The translations under genes and the position numbers were made by a program. Shown one piece after another: positions 37,570 through 46,495 of a DNA stretch of 64,000 nucleotides (the stretch's first letter is position 1; the number at the start of each line of letters is the position of its first letter). This DNA is from Candidatus Collierbacteria bacterium RIFOXYD2_FULL_45_13 (GTDB lineage Bacteria > Patescibacteriota > Microgenomatia > UBA1400 > MFAQ01). Location of the stretch: the NCBI GenBank assembly GCA_001774685.1, contig MFAS01000001.1, forward strand, positions 607,557 to 671,556, in the 5' to 3' direction. The notes below the pieces were generated by a model, which was given only the letters and a program-made list of their open reading frames with translations, was not told the origin of the DNA and did no database searches.

Positions 37570-38269
37570 AGACTCTCTCGGTCGAGTTCCCCGCTTTATC
37601 GGACGCCACCACCTTTATTTCATTGCTTCCATTCTGCAGCTGGATCCGTTGTACGAAAGTTCCGTCCTTCTCTACCACCACAAAAGAAGTATTTATGATT
37701 ATTTGGGCGTCACTTTTATTGGCTTCCCCTTTGATATCGACGACTTGGTTGTTCTTTCCGAAAAACTCTGTACCATCCTTTGGTGAGGTAATCGTAACCT
37801 CGATTGGTTTACGGTCCAATTGAACCATCTCTACTTCCGAGACACTCGTGTTTCCGGCCTCGTCTGTTGCTCTTATCTGGACTCTGTTTGACTCGGCGTC
37901 AAGTGTGGCGATGATTGAAAACGAGCCATCTGCCTTAGCTTTGTCAGTTAAAGAAATTCGGTCATTTATCAGAATATCCAAGGAAGCATTTGCTTCGGTG
38001 TAACCCTCTATCAACAAAGAAGCGCTATTGGTGGCGTCAGGAAGGGCGGAAAGCGTCGGGGCCTGAGGCGGAATTAGATCTTGGTCAGTGTTTTGTCTGG
38101 GAGAACCCTTGCCGGCCACAATTTCAATGAAAAAAGGAATGCCCCATTTGAACAAAACAATCACAAAGACAATTGAGAGAAGTATGTAATATCTGGACTT
38201 GTTTTTTTCTTTGGCTGCTCTATATCTCCCGGACATATGTTTATCATAGTATAAATCAAAAGCGCTCAT
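37547..38269 (-). CDS. Membrane-anchored protein with tandem bacterial Ig-like domains
   Basis: An N-terminal TM helix, then repeated beta-rich ~80-aa units (…RATDEAGNTSVSEV… / …VVASDKAGNSTERVFN…). Confidence 0.5.
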   Translation of the reverse strand: MSAFDLYYDKHMSGRYRAAKEKNKSRYYILLSIVFVIVLFKWGIPFFIEIVAGKGSPRQNTDQDLIPPQAPTLSALPDATNSASLLIEGYTEANASLDILINDRISLTDKAKADGSFSIIATLDAESNRVQIRATDEAGNTSVSEVEMVQLDRKPIEVTITSPKDGTEFFGKNNQVVDIKGEANKSDAQIIINTSFVVVEKDGTFVQRIQLQNGSNEIKVVASDKAGNSTERVFNLLYTP

Positions 38270-38280
38270 AAAAAACCCAC

Positions 38281-38562
38281 CTAAGTGGTGGGTTTGGTTG
38301 ATTTTTGCTTAATCAGGAAAGTAATCTTCATATAACCGGGTTTGAGTGTATCAGCGTGAGGGTTGAACGTTAAGTATACTAAATGGCCTTCATCGTTAAA
38401 GGTGAGTTTTCCCAGTTCCGGATTCCCCACAAAAATGGAATACAAACTAACTTCGTTATCTGGGTACTGCACCTTCATAATTGTTTGAACCTGGTGTATC
38501 GCCTCAAACAGACTCGTTTCGTTTGGAATTGGCCAAATAACGGTCACTGGTTCTGGTTTCAT
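38281..38562 (-). CDS. Hypothetical small protein (start uncertain)
   Basis: The ORF-track start at 38685 would overlap tRNA-Gly on the opposite strand. An internal ATG (MKPEPV...) at 38562 avoids the overlap. Confidence 0.35.
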   Translation of the reverse strand: MKPEPVTVIWPIPNETSLFEAIHQVQTIMKVQYPDNEVSLYSIFVGNPELGKLTFNDEGHLVYLTFNPHADTLKPGYMKITFLIKQKSTKPTT

Positions 38563-38648
38563 TTTGTCAGCCAACTTAACCTCCTTGTTAATTTGCGTTA
38601 ACCAAAATTGTACCACTTGTGCGCCAAATGCATTAAAATAACCCCATC

Positions 38649-38719
38649 GCGGGATTAGTTCACCGGTAGAATAACTCCTTCCCAAGGAGTAGAAGGGGGT
38701 TCGATTCCCCTATCCCGCT
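38649..38719 (+). tRNA. tRNA-Gly (anticodon CCC)
   Basis: Manual fold: acceptor GCGGGAT/ATCCCGC, D-arm GTTC-ACCGGTA-GAAT, anticodon arm ACTCC-TTCCCAA-GGAGT, variable AGAA, T-arm GGGGG-TTCGATT-CCCCT, discriminator U. Confidence 0.8.
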
Positions 38720-38753
38720 CCCTGTTTTTTTGTAAGATAGTATACTTATAGAT

Positions 38754-39347
38754 ATGGTCAAAGTTGTGATGCTGTTGATCCTGCTCGCGGTACTCACTCT
38801 GGGCATTATCTGGATCATCGAAAAATCTCCACCAAAGAACCCAGCCGACGATCTCTTGGTTTCCAACTCCCTTGCTATCCCAGAGCCGGAAACCTTAGGG
38901 GCTTCGACCACGATTGCCCCCAGGCCTTCAAATTGGAAACAATATTCGGACAGGGTCATGGGTTTTCAGATTCAATATCCAGATGGCATCACCGTCAAAA
39001 AAGAGAATAGTGGCACGCTAACTGTTGCCAAAGACAGATTGATTGTTTCAATTTCCAGTGAGACGTTACCAGGTAAGGATACGGTGAATACTGTTGCCGA
39101 GCAAGACATTGACCAAAAAATGAACAAAATGGGGGATAAGTTTGAGCTATTGGAGACAATCTCCCCCGTTTCTATTGGCTCGATTACCGGTATTACCTAT
39201 ACCGCGGAAGAGTACTCAACAGAGATAACTTATTTTTACGTTCCAAAAGCCACAGGGTATCTATTTATCACAAATTTAACGGATATTTCCGACGACAAAT
39301 TGATTTCTACTTCAGACGATATCATCTATTCACTGGAGCTGCTCTAG
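38754..39347 (+). CDS. Hypothetical secreted or membrane-anchored protein
   Basis: N-terminal TM/signal anchor MVKVVMLLILLAVLTLGIIWII. Confidence 0.45.
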   Translation: MVKVVMLLILLAVLTLGIIWIIEKSPPKNPADDLLVSNSLAIPEPETLGASTTIAPRPSNWKQYSDRVMGFQIQYPDGITVKKENSGTLTVAKDRLIVSISSETLPGKDTVNTVAEQDIDQKMNKMGDKFELLETISPVSIGSITGITYTAEEYSTEITYFYVPKATGYLFITNLTDISDDKLISTSDDIIYSLELL

Positions 39348-39375
39348 TGGCACGTAATTAGTTTACAATAGTCCC

Positions 39376-40077
39376 GTGCCACCCTTTCAGTATCGGGTTA
39401 TACGTTCCAATAGTATGACCTCCGCCACCACCATCCGAGTTCACCCAGACGGGGGAGTCATTGTTCGTGCACCGTTTTGGCTACCCGCATTTTCTATCCA
39501 AAAATTTGTTGACGAAAAAACCGACTGGATTCTCAGGTCTCTCGCTAGAACCAAGCCATCTGTCTCTGCCAAAAAATACAGAGAGGGGGATAAGCATCTC
39601 TACTTTGGCCGGGAGTATCCGCTTAAGATAAAAACGGTTGATAGACCAACGAGGACGCTCATCGAGTTGGCTGAAGATTGCATAGTTGTCTGTCTTTTTC
39701 GAGGGCATTCCGAAGACAAGAGAATAGCTGAGATAAGGGACGGTCTCTTACGCTGGTATCTGGAAACCGGCATCTCGGTTATTACCGAAAAAGTTAACGT
39801 GTATACCGAAAAAATTGGTGTGAACTACAGCCGTATCGATATCAAAAAGGTTTCATCTATCTGGGGAAGCTGTTCACCAAGTAACAAGCTTTGTTTCAAT
39901 CGCAAACTAATTATGGCTCCGCATGAGGTGGTTGATTATGTGATCATTCACGAAGTCTGTCACCTGGTGCACAGAAACCACGGAAGCCACTTCTGGGGGC
40001 TTGTCGCCAAGTTTGATCCAAAATACAAGGAACATCGTCGCTGGTTGTACCGCAATCATTCTTTACTTTCGATTTAA
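39376..40077 (+). CDS. DUF45/YgjP-like zinc metallohydrolase (HExxH)
   Basis: C-terminal HEVCHLVHRNHGSHFW, the M48/WLM-like motif of the YgjP family. An alternative start exists at 39415. Confidence 0.7.
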   Translation: MPPFQYRVIRSNSMTSATTIRVHPDGGVIVRAPFWLPAFSIQKFVDEKTDWILRSLARTKPSVSAKKYREGDKHLYFGREYPLKIKTVDRPTRTLIELAEDCIVVCLFRGHSEDKRIAEIRDGLLRWYLETGISVITEKVNVYTEKIGVNYSRIDIKKVSSIWGSCSPSNKLCFNRKLIMAPHEVVDYVIIHEVCHLVHRNHGSHFWGLVAKFDPKYKEHRRWLYRNHSLLSI

Positions 40078-40078
40078 A

Positions 40079-41386
40079 ATGATTGTTGATTTTGACGAAG
40101 ATTCTCAAAAAGCCCTGAACTCACTGGAAAGCAGCTCGGAGAATATCTTCTTAACCGGAAACGCGGGAACCGGCAAGTCCACTTTGTTGGATCATTTTAG
40201 AAACCAAACTGGTCAGAATGTGGCTGTCGTGGCACCCACCGGTGTCGCAGCTTTAAATGTTAAGGGAGAAACAATTCACTCATTTTTTGGGTTTCCCCCA
40301 AATGTCACCCCCGAAAAGGCATCCCTGGAAGCCAAACACTCCAAAAAAGCAAAAATCTATACCAATCTGGATGTCTTGGTCATTGATGAGATATCCATGG
40401 TCAGAGCCGACCTCTTGGATAGTATAGACTCGTTCCTGAGGGTCGTCAGAAAAAACCGGGAGGTTTTTGGAGGAGTTCGGATTATCATGGTGGGAGATCT
40501 CCACCAGTTACCTCCTGTAGTCACCAGCCAGGAAAGGTCAGCTCTGGAAAATCTCTATGAAACTCCGTATTTCTTTTCATCCAAAGTTTTCAATAGGCTT
40601 TTTGAGGGTCTATATTCACAATTCAAATTTATCGAGCTTCAAACCATCTATCGTCAATCTGAAAAAAGATTTATCAATATTCTCAATCGAATCAGAAACA
40701 ATCAAGCCACCTCGGAAGATCTGCAAACAATAAATAATCAATTGATTGGCGAAGGTGACCTCATCGACAACTACATAATTTTGACCGCAATGAATGAACA
40801 GGCAGACAAAATTAATCAGGCACGACTCGACGAAATCGAAGGGCCGGTCTACTCATTTCACGCTGTCCGTACCGGTGATTTTTCCTCACAACAGGGGCCC
40901 GCTGCCGATACTGTCTTGCTTAAGACGGGTGCCAGAGTGATGCTCCTGAACAACGACCCTCAAGATCGTTGGATCAATGGCACCACGGGAACCTTATTTA
41001 GAGCTGAATCAGGCTGTGCCTATGTCAGGATAGATGGAGGCGGTGTGGAGAAAATCGAGCCGGTTACCTGGACCTCATACAAAACCTCATATAATCCGGA
41101 CACTGCCGTTCTGGAAACTAAAGAGGCTGGGAGCTTTAAGCAAATGCCTATTCGTCTGGCCTGGGCTATTACGATTCATAAGAGCCAAGGAAAAACTTTT
41201 GAAAAGGTGGTCATTGATCTTGGTCGAGGGGCATTCGCGCATGGCCAGACCTATGTTGCCTTGAGTCGCTGTACTACCATGTCAGGCTTGAGACTGATTA
41301 GACCACTGACCCAACAATCCATCATTATGGATAAGCGGGTCTTAGAATTTCTGGATCGCCTTAGGCAATCGGCTGGACCGCCTTGA
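40079..41386 (+). CDS. Pif1/RecD-like (AAA_30 + UvrD_C_2) ATP-dependent DNA helicase
   Basis: Walker A GNAGTGKST, Walker B VLVIDEISMV, and the C-terminal helicase motifs ITIHKSQGKTF and ALSRCTTMSGL. Confidence 0.8.
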   Translation: MIVDFDEDSQKALNSLESSSENIFLTGNAGTGKSTLLDHFRNQTGQNVAVVAPTGVAALNVKGETIHSFFGFPPNVTPEKASLEAKHSKKAKIYTNLDVLVIDEISMVRADLLDSIDSFLRVVRKNREVFGGVRIIMVGDLHQLPPVVTSQERSALENLYETPYFFSSKVFNRLFEGLYSQFKFIELQTIYRQSEKRFINILNRIRNNQATSEDLQTINNQLIGEGDLIDNYIILTAMNEQADKINQARLDEIEGPVYSFHAVRTGDFSSQQGPAADTVLLKTGARVMLLNNDPQDRWINGTTGTLFRAESGCAYVRIDGGGVEKIEPVTWTSYKTSYNPDTAVLETKEAGSFKQMPIRLAWAITIHKSQGKTFEKVVIDLGRGAFAHGQTYVALSRCTTMSGLRLIRPLTQQSIIMDKRVLEFLDRLRQSAGPP

Positions 41387-42545
41387 TCCTCTTAGTCAAG
41401 AACAAAAAAAGAAAAGCAGCTAATAGTGCCAAAGCACCACCAAAATAAAAGGGGGAGCTGGCACCGGCAAATGTCCAGAGCGCGCCGGCAATAGTAGAAG
41501 CAAAAAAGGTACCGATACCCATTAGAGTCTGATAAATTCCAAAAGCCGACGCTGAGATTTCGTGGGGAATCAGTTTTGAAATATAAGCCTTACCGACACC
41601 GTCCGTGAAGGCCATATATATTCCGTAAATCGGAAAAAGTATCCAAATCCAGGCAGATGAGGTGATGTATCCAAAAGAAAAATACACTAATGCGAACATC
41701 ATAAAACCAATAAACAAGACCTTTCGCGCACCGATCTTGTCTGCAATTATTCCCGCGGGAAGAGATAGTAAAGAATAGACAGAGTTAAAAAGAACGTAGG
41801 TAAAAATCGTCAGACCGATGGATAGTCCCAGATTTTGTGCCCTCAGGATCAAAAAAACATCCGAGCTGTTGCCTAAAGTAAAAACAAAGCTAATAAGCAG
41901 AAAAATCTTAAAAGAATCATTGGTTTTACTCCACTCAAAATGTAATCCTGTCAGACCAAGAGGTTTCTTCTCTTTTTCCTTCACAAAAAAAACGAACATC
42001 AGAACGCCTAGCAGGGCCGGAAAAAAAGCAGCCAAAAATAACATTCGGTAGTTACCCCCCAGCCATTTTAAGACCACTATCGAGAGCAAAGGACCCACAA
42101 CCGCCCCGAGGGAGTCCAAGGTTCGGTGAAATCCAAAGTTCCGGCCACGGCTCAATTTGTCTGAGCTTTCCGTAATAAGAGCATCTCGGGCCGAAGTCCT
42201 GACTCCCTTCCCTGTCCTGTTTATTAATCTGGCAAACATTACCATTGGCCACGTTCCGGCAAGAGACATTATTAAATGGGAGAAGGTGGCAAAACTATAA
42301 CCCCAGACAACATAGGGCCTTCTTTTTTGTGATCTATCGGAAAACACACCGCTAAAGGCCATTAATATTTTGGATATCGAATCTGCGAGCCCTTCGATAA
42401 ACCCCACTACCAGCGCAGGTGCCCCCAGTACGGAAATAAGAAAAATCGGCACTACAGGATAGACCATTTCCGAGGCCACATCATTCAGTAAACTAACCAC
42501 ACCCAACACAACCACGTTAGTCGAAATTGCTCTTTTCTTCTCCAT
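41361..42545 (-). CDS. MFS transporter
   Basis: 12 TM helices and an MFS-type motif region GRNFGFHRTLDSLGA. Confidence 0.7.
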   Translation of the reverse strand: MEKKRAISTNVVVLGVVSLLNDVASEMVYPVVPIFLISVLGAPALVVGFIEGLADSISKILMAFSGVFSDRSQKRRPYVVWGYSFATFSHLIMSLAGTWPMVMFARLINRTGKGVRTSARDALITESSDKLSRGRNFGFHRTLDSLGAVVGPLLSIVVLKWLGGNYRMLFLAAFFPALLGVLMFVFFVKEKEKKPLGLTGLHFEWSKTNDSFKIFLLISFVFTLGNSSDVFLILRAQNLGLSIGLTIFTYVLFNSVYSLLSLPAGIIADKIGARKVLFIGFMMFALVYFSFGYITSSAWIWILFPIYGIYMAFTDGVGKAYISKLIPHEISASAFGIYQTLMGIGTFFASTIAGALWTFAGASSPFYFGGALALLAAFLFLFLTKRIKAVQPIA

Positions 42546-42576
42546 ACTTCACCAGTTTAGCATCAAACATTATGCC

Positions 42577-42954
42577 TCACCATTCTTTGTCCTCGTCCTC
42601 GTCATCATCACAATCCTCATTCCGAATGTCCTCGTCTTCATCTAGCTCCGTTAGGCGACCGGAATCTACCAGCTCCCTGAAATCAATATCGACTTCATTT
42701 CCCTGAATGATGACAATATTTCCCGATAAACCATCTACAAATAAACGATATCGCCAAAGTTCATACAAATCTTCATCCTCACCGACGGCAAAACTGATCA
42801 AACTATTCGCCTCAGATAAAATGGTGACTATGTCTGACAGTTTGTATTCACTGTCTATGGCTTTCACTCTCTCGTCCATCTCACCCAACTCTCTTTTGAT
42901 TAGTTTGTTAACAAATCCATTGTATTTATCCAGAGGTGATTCTGATTCGGCCAT
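42577..42954 (-). CDS. Hypothetical acidic protein (Asp/Glu-rich C-terminus)
   Basis: ORF only. C-terminal DEDEDIRNEDCDDDEDEDKEW. Confidence 0.4.
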   Translation of the reverse strand: MAESESPLDKYNGFVNKLIKRELGEMDERVKAIDSEYKLSDIVTILSEANSLISFAVGEDEDLYELWRYRLFVDGLSGNIVIIQGNEVDIDFRELVDSGRLTELDEDEDIRNEDCDDDEDEDKEW

Positions 42955-42975
42955 GGTTTATGATGATACTAAACC

Positions 42976-43608
42976 ATGAAATCCGAGAAATCAAATAAAC
43001 CGGTCAAAACTTTAAACATTACCCTGATAGGGTTAATTGTTGGCTTTGTTCTATTTGGTCTCTTGGCTCACCAGCGGGCCTATTTTGGATATGACCTAGT
43101 CATTAGTCGTCAACTACAAAGTTTTCACAACCCCTTTTTTTCCACCGCCATGAGCCTTGTTAGTGAGGTTGGTAACGGCTACAATTTGGAAATAATTGTG
43201 GTTCTGGCCATGTCTCTTCTCTTTTTTGCCGGACTAAAAGCCGAAGCCGTCAAAACCGCACTTCTGACTGCCGCTAGCGCTACAGCGGGCAGTCTAGCCA
43301 AAAGCATCGTTAATCGACCACGTCCCGACGCTGAGCTCGTCTACATCCAAGAGGTGTTTCTAGACAAAAGTTTTCCCAGTTTGCACGTTCTAACGTATAC
43401 TATATTTTTTGGATATATGTTGTATCTGGCTCTATACAAAGTTAGAACCAAATGGCTTAAACTATTTATCTCCCTCTCTGCAACCATCTTGATATTTTCA
43501 ATAGGAATCTCCAGAGTCTATCTCGGAGCTCACTGGGCCAGCGATGTCGCCGGTGGTTACTTGCTTGGAACAGCTTTTCTGGTATTGGCAATTATATTAG
43601 GTCGATAA
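42976..43608 (+). CDS. PAP2-family phosphatase (membrane)
   Basis: PAP2 motifs KSIVNRPRP, PSLH and SRVYLGAHWASDVAGG. Confidence 0.8.
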   Translation: MKSEKSNKPVKTLNITLIGLIVGFVLFGLLAHQRAYFGYDLVISRQLQSFHNPFFSTAMSLVSEVGNGYNLEIIVVLAMSLLFFAGLKAEAVKTALLTAASATAGSLAKSIVNRPRPDAELVYIQEVFLDKSFPSLHVLTYTIFFGYMLYLALYKVRTKWLKLFISLSATILIFSIGISRVYLGAHWASDVAGGYLLGTAFLVLAIILGR

Positions 43609-43624
43609 GAAAAGAAAAACTACA

Positions 43625-44503
43625 ATGGCAAAAGATAAATACTCAGCTGTCTGGATTTCGCATACTTCCATTAACGACTTCCTTCACTGCCCCCGGGCGT
43701 ATTTTCTGAAGAATATTTACAAAGACCGCAGTTCCGGTAACAAAATTCAAATTATTACGCCATCCCTGGCCCTGGGTTCAGCGGTTCATGAGGTCATCGA
43801 TTCATTATCCACCATCTCAACAAATAACCGGTTCAGCGATTCCCTGGTCTTGAAATTCGATCGGATTTGGGAAAAATATACCGGTAAAAAGGGCGGTTTC
43901 AGAGATCTGGACGAAGAGCATAAATACAAGGAACGGGGTAAGGCTATGCTAAGGAGGGTCATGGACCATCCTGGTCCGCTATCGAATCTGGCGGTCAAGA
44001 TTAGGGAAAGTCTGCCATATTTTTGGTTATCGGAGGAGGAAAACATTATTCTCTGTGGCAAAGTTGACTGGTTAGAGTACCTCAAAGATGAGGACAGTAT
44101 CCACATTATTGACTTCAAAACGAGTAAAAAAGAGGAAATCAAAGAATCGCTTCAGTTACCCATATATTATTTATTGGTAGTAAATTCTCAAAAAAGACCT
44201 GTCTCAAAAGCCTCCTACTGGTACTTGGACTTTTCAGACATGCCAAAAGAAATGGTTCTACCGGATATTGTTTCCGCTGAATCTAAACTATTGGAAATTG
44301 GCCGCAAAATCAAATTAGCCAGAAAACTTGAAAAGTTTGATTGTCCAAGTGGCAAAGACGGCTGTCCACAATGTCGTCAACTGGAGTCAATTATCGGGGG
44401 AGGAGGGGAGAAGGTGGGCGAGATGGGCCATCGTGACAGTTACATTCTGGATATTGAGGAAACTCCGGAGGTTGAGGAGCTTGAGGACAGTTTCATTATC
44501 TAA
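43625..44503 (+). CDS. PD-(D/E)XK nuclease of the RecB/Cas4 family with Fe-S cluster cysteines
   Basis: An N-terminal Cys (HCPRAYF), the DxK motif IIDFKTSK, QLPIYY (QhxxY), and C-terminal CPSGKDGCPQC. Confidence 0.7.
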   Translation: MAKDKYSAVWISHTSINDFLHCPRAYFLKNIYKDRSSGNKIQIITPSLALGSAVHEVIDSLSTISTNNRFSDSLVLKFDRIWEKYTGKKGGFRDLDEEHKYKERGKAMLRRVMDHPGPLSNLAVKIRESLPYFWLSEEENIILCGKVDWLEYLKDEDSIHIIDFKTSKKEEIKESLQLPIYYLLVVNSQKRPVSKASYWYLDFSDMPKEMVLPDIVSAESKLLEIGRKIKLARKLEKFDCPSGKDGCPQCRQLESIIGGGGEKVGEMGHRDSYILDIEETPEVEELEDSFII

Positions 44504-44532
44504 AAACTAATAACTCCGCATCAATAACTCTA

Positions 44533-45450
44533 TCAGTATGCCGCGATTGCTACGGAAAAAGTGTTTTGGGCATAAACACAACCCCACACATACTCTCCTC
44601 CGGCCAGCAGCGCTTTATGTCCGAGTGTGTTCTCCCAGGCTTGAACCGTTTCCAGCGGTGATGAGTATCCCTGAGCCAAGAACTCACTTAAGTTATATTT
44701 TTCGGAGATCCATTTCAAATCAGGTCTGTCCAGTACCGGCACAAAGCCCGCGTGTCCATCCAGTTTCCCCAACTCTAGAAGTTCGTTTAGTCTTATGGAA
44801 GCAACTGTACATAGTTCGTCTCTTTGTCGCAGGGGATTAACCCCCATTTCTATCCGCCGCCCGTTAACCACCTCCCAAAGATCAGGTCCTCCCCAGGTAA
44901 TTTTTTTCGGCCCAACCACGATCTTTCTGGGTGATAGCAAGAGTACATAAACACTTACTTTGTCTTGGTCGTTCTTGATTGCAATGCCGGCATCTCTGAA
45001 GTCCGGGTGAAGGAGAGTTCCCTTGGTTATGTCATTGGCTTGCCAGTCGGCCACCGGATCATTGGTTTTAAAAAAATCAACCAAGAGCAAGTCTCCGATT
45101 AAATTTGCATCATAGCCGGCATTTTTGGTTGCTACTTCTCTTGTCAGTCCGGTCGTTGCCCCTTCATAGTCACGCTCTGTTAATATCACCGACAATCTTC
45201 CCAGAGCCGCTTGATTGAGCTTCTCGCTTGTTTTAACCTTTGAGAACCCGGCTCCTTCTCTTACAGCGTTTATCTTGGTCAGCACCGCGTCTGCACTCCA
45301 GTCTGGCAAAAACGGGGTGTTGTTTCTTTCGACATAAATACTCCCCCTGGTGAGGCCGTTACCGATATCTTTAAAAGGGATTGTTCTAAACCCATACACC
45401 AAGAGTCCGATACCCACGCACCACAATATTAGCTTCAAAAATGTTTTCAC
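44533..45450 (-). CDS. Hypothetical secreted protein (possible CAP/SCP-like C-terminus)
   Basis: N-terminal signal/TM. Weak resemblance only. Confidence 0.35.
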   Translation of the reverse strand: MKTFLKLILWCVGIGLLVYGFRTIPFKDIGNGLTRGSIYVERNNTPFLPDWSADAVLTKINAVREGAGFSKVKTSEKLNQAALGRLSVILTERDYEGATTGLTREVATKNAGYDANLIGDLLLVDFFKTNDPVADWQANDITKGTLLHPDFRDAGIAIKNDQDKVSVYVLLLSPRKIVVGPKKITWGGPDLWEVVNGRRIEMGVNPLRQRDELCTVASIRLNELLELGKLDGHAGFVPVLDRPDLKWISEKYNLSEFLAQGYSSPLETVQAWENTLGHKALLAGGEYVWGCVYAQNTFSVAIAAY

Positions 45451-45481
45451 TTATTCAGTATAAAATATTTCTCAGATTTCT

Positions 45482-45802
45482 GTGTATACTGGCTTTATGA
45501 ACATCATTTTTAATCCCCAGAAATTATCACTGAGTGATCGTTTCAAACAAAGAATCCAAACTAAGTTTGATCAAGGTCTCGGTAAACTCTTAAAAAACTA
45601 TCAAGAAGATCTCAAGATTGCTTCGCTGGCTATTGAAAAAGTCACCCGATCTGGATACGAGATTAAGTTTGATATGAACCTACCTGGTTGCCCGATCAAT
45701 ATCAGAGATAATCACCGCGTTCTTATGGACGGGGTTATCCGGGTCAGGAACCAAGCCAAAAGGCAAATAAAGAAATACATTGAGAAGATGCGTGGTTACT
45801 GA
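45482..45802 (+). CDS. Ribosome hibernation factor-like (HPF/RaiA, S30AE family)
   Basis: Size and alpha/beta pattern, with a basic C-terminal helix RVRNQAKRQIKKYIEKMRG. Moderate similarity only. Confidence 0.4.
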   Translation: MYTGFMNIIFNPQKLSLSDRFKQRIQTKFDQGLGKLLKNYQEDLKIASLAIEKVTRSGYEIKFDMNLPGCPINIRDNHRVLMDGVIRVRNQAKRQIKKYIEKMRGY

Positions 45803-46242
45803 TTTTTCTCCCTTTTCTTAATTTCCGCCACTTTATTTCTCAAAACCACTTTTCTGATCCAGCCATCATGATTGACGAACTTCATCTCGTTGGTCAACTC
45901 ACTTAAAGCTACAACCATAATGGTTCCATATCTCTCAAATTGTGTATCCCAAGATTTTTGGAAATTTTGCAAACTCACCTCCAGAGTACTACTACCATAA
46001 GTGGTTAGCAGGTGCACAGCAACGGCCTCAAAAACACCATCTCTGGCCGACCCTAACAATTCTTGTTCCTCCATCATATCTTTAGTTCGTTTGGGGCTTA
46101 AGTTCCCTTCTGCACCCATTGTTCTTTTCAGCTGATCGTAGGGATTGTTGGCCATTCTTTTTGGAATCCATGAACGACTCTCAGCCACCACATTTTCTTG
46201 GCCACCATAGACATTTCTCAGTTTTTCCTGCAAACTAGCCAT
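45796..46242 (-). CDS. Hypothetical protein (148 aa), co-transcribed with the ferredoxin
   Basis: ORF adjacent to the 4Fe-4S ferredoxin gene on the same strand. Confidence 0.4.
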   Translation of the reverse strand: MASLQEKLRNVYGGQENVVAESRSWIPKRMANNPYDQLKRTMGAEGNLSPKRTKDMMEEQELLGSARDGVFEAVAVHLLTTYGSSTLEVSLQNFQKSWDTQFERYGTIMVVALSELTNEMKFVNHDGWIRKVVLRNKVAEIKKREKNQ

Positions 46243-46437
46243 TTATTTTTTTATTGATATGGCTTGAGTTGGGCACACCTCAACGGCCATTTTCAGTGCT
46301 TCCAGCACCGTGAAGGGATTCAGATCGGCTGACTCAATCGGCTCAGAGGTGCCGTCTTTGAGTACAAACACCTTCTCGGCGATATCCACGCAGACACCAC
46401 ACCCGATACACTTAGTCTGGTCCACCTTTATTTTCAT
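46243..46437 (-). CDS. 4Fe-4S ferredoxin (single-cluster, 64 aa)
   Basis: CIGCGVCVDIAEKVF and CP at the end. Confidence 0.7.
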   Translation of the reverse strand: MKIKVDQTKCIGCGVCVDIAEKVFVLKDGTSEPIESADLNPFTVLEALKMAVEVCPTQAISIKK

Positions 46438-46495
46438 AAAGGTATTTTACCTTATCTTATGACACCGGCATCTGCCGGCGGGATATAATGACCGC

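Noticed and set aside
45482-45802. Considered leaving unannotated as a generic hypothetical rather than HPF/RaiA-like
   Set aside because: It was kept as a low-confidence HPF-like call because the size and basic C-terminal helix fit, but the similarity is weak and the call was not promoted further.
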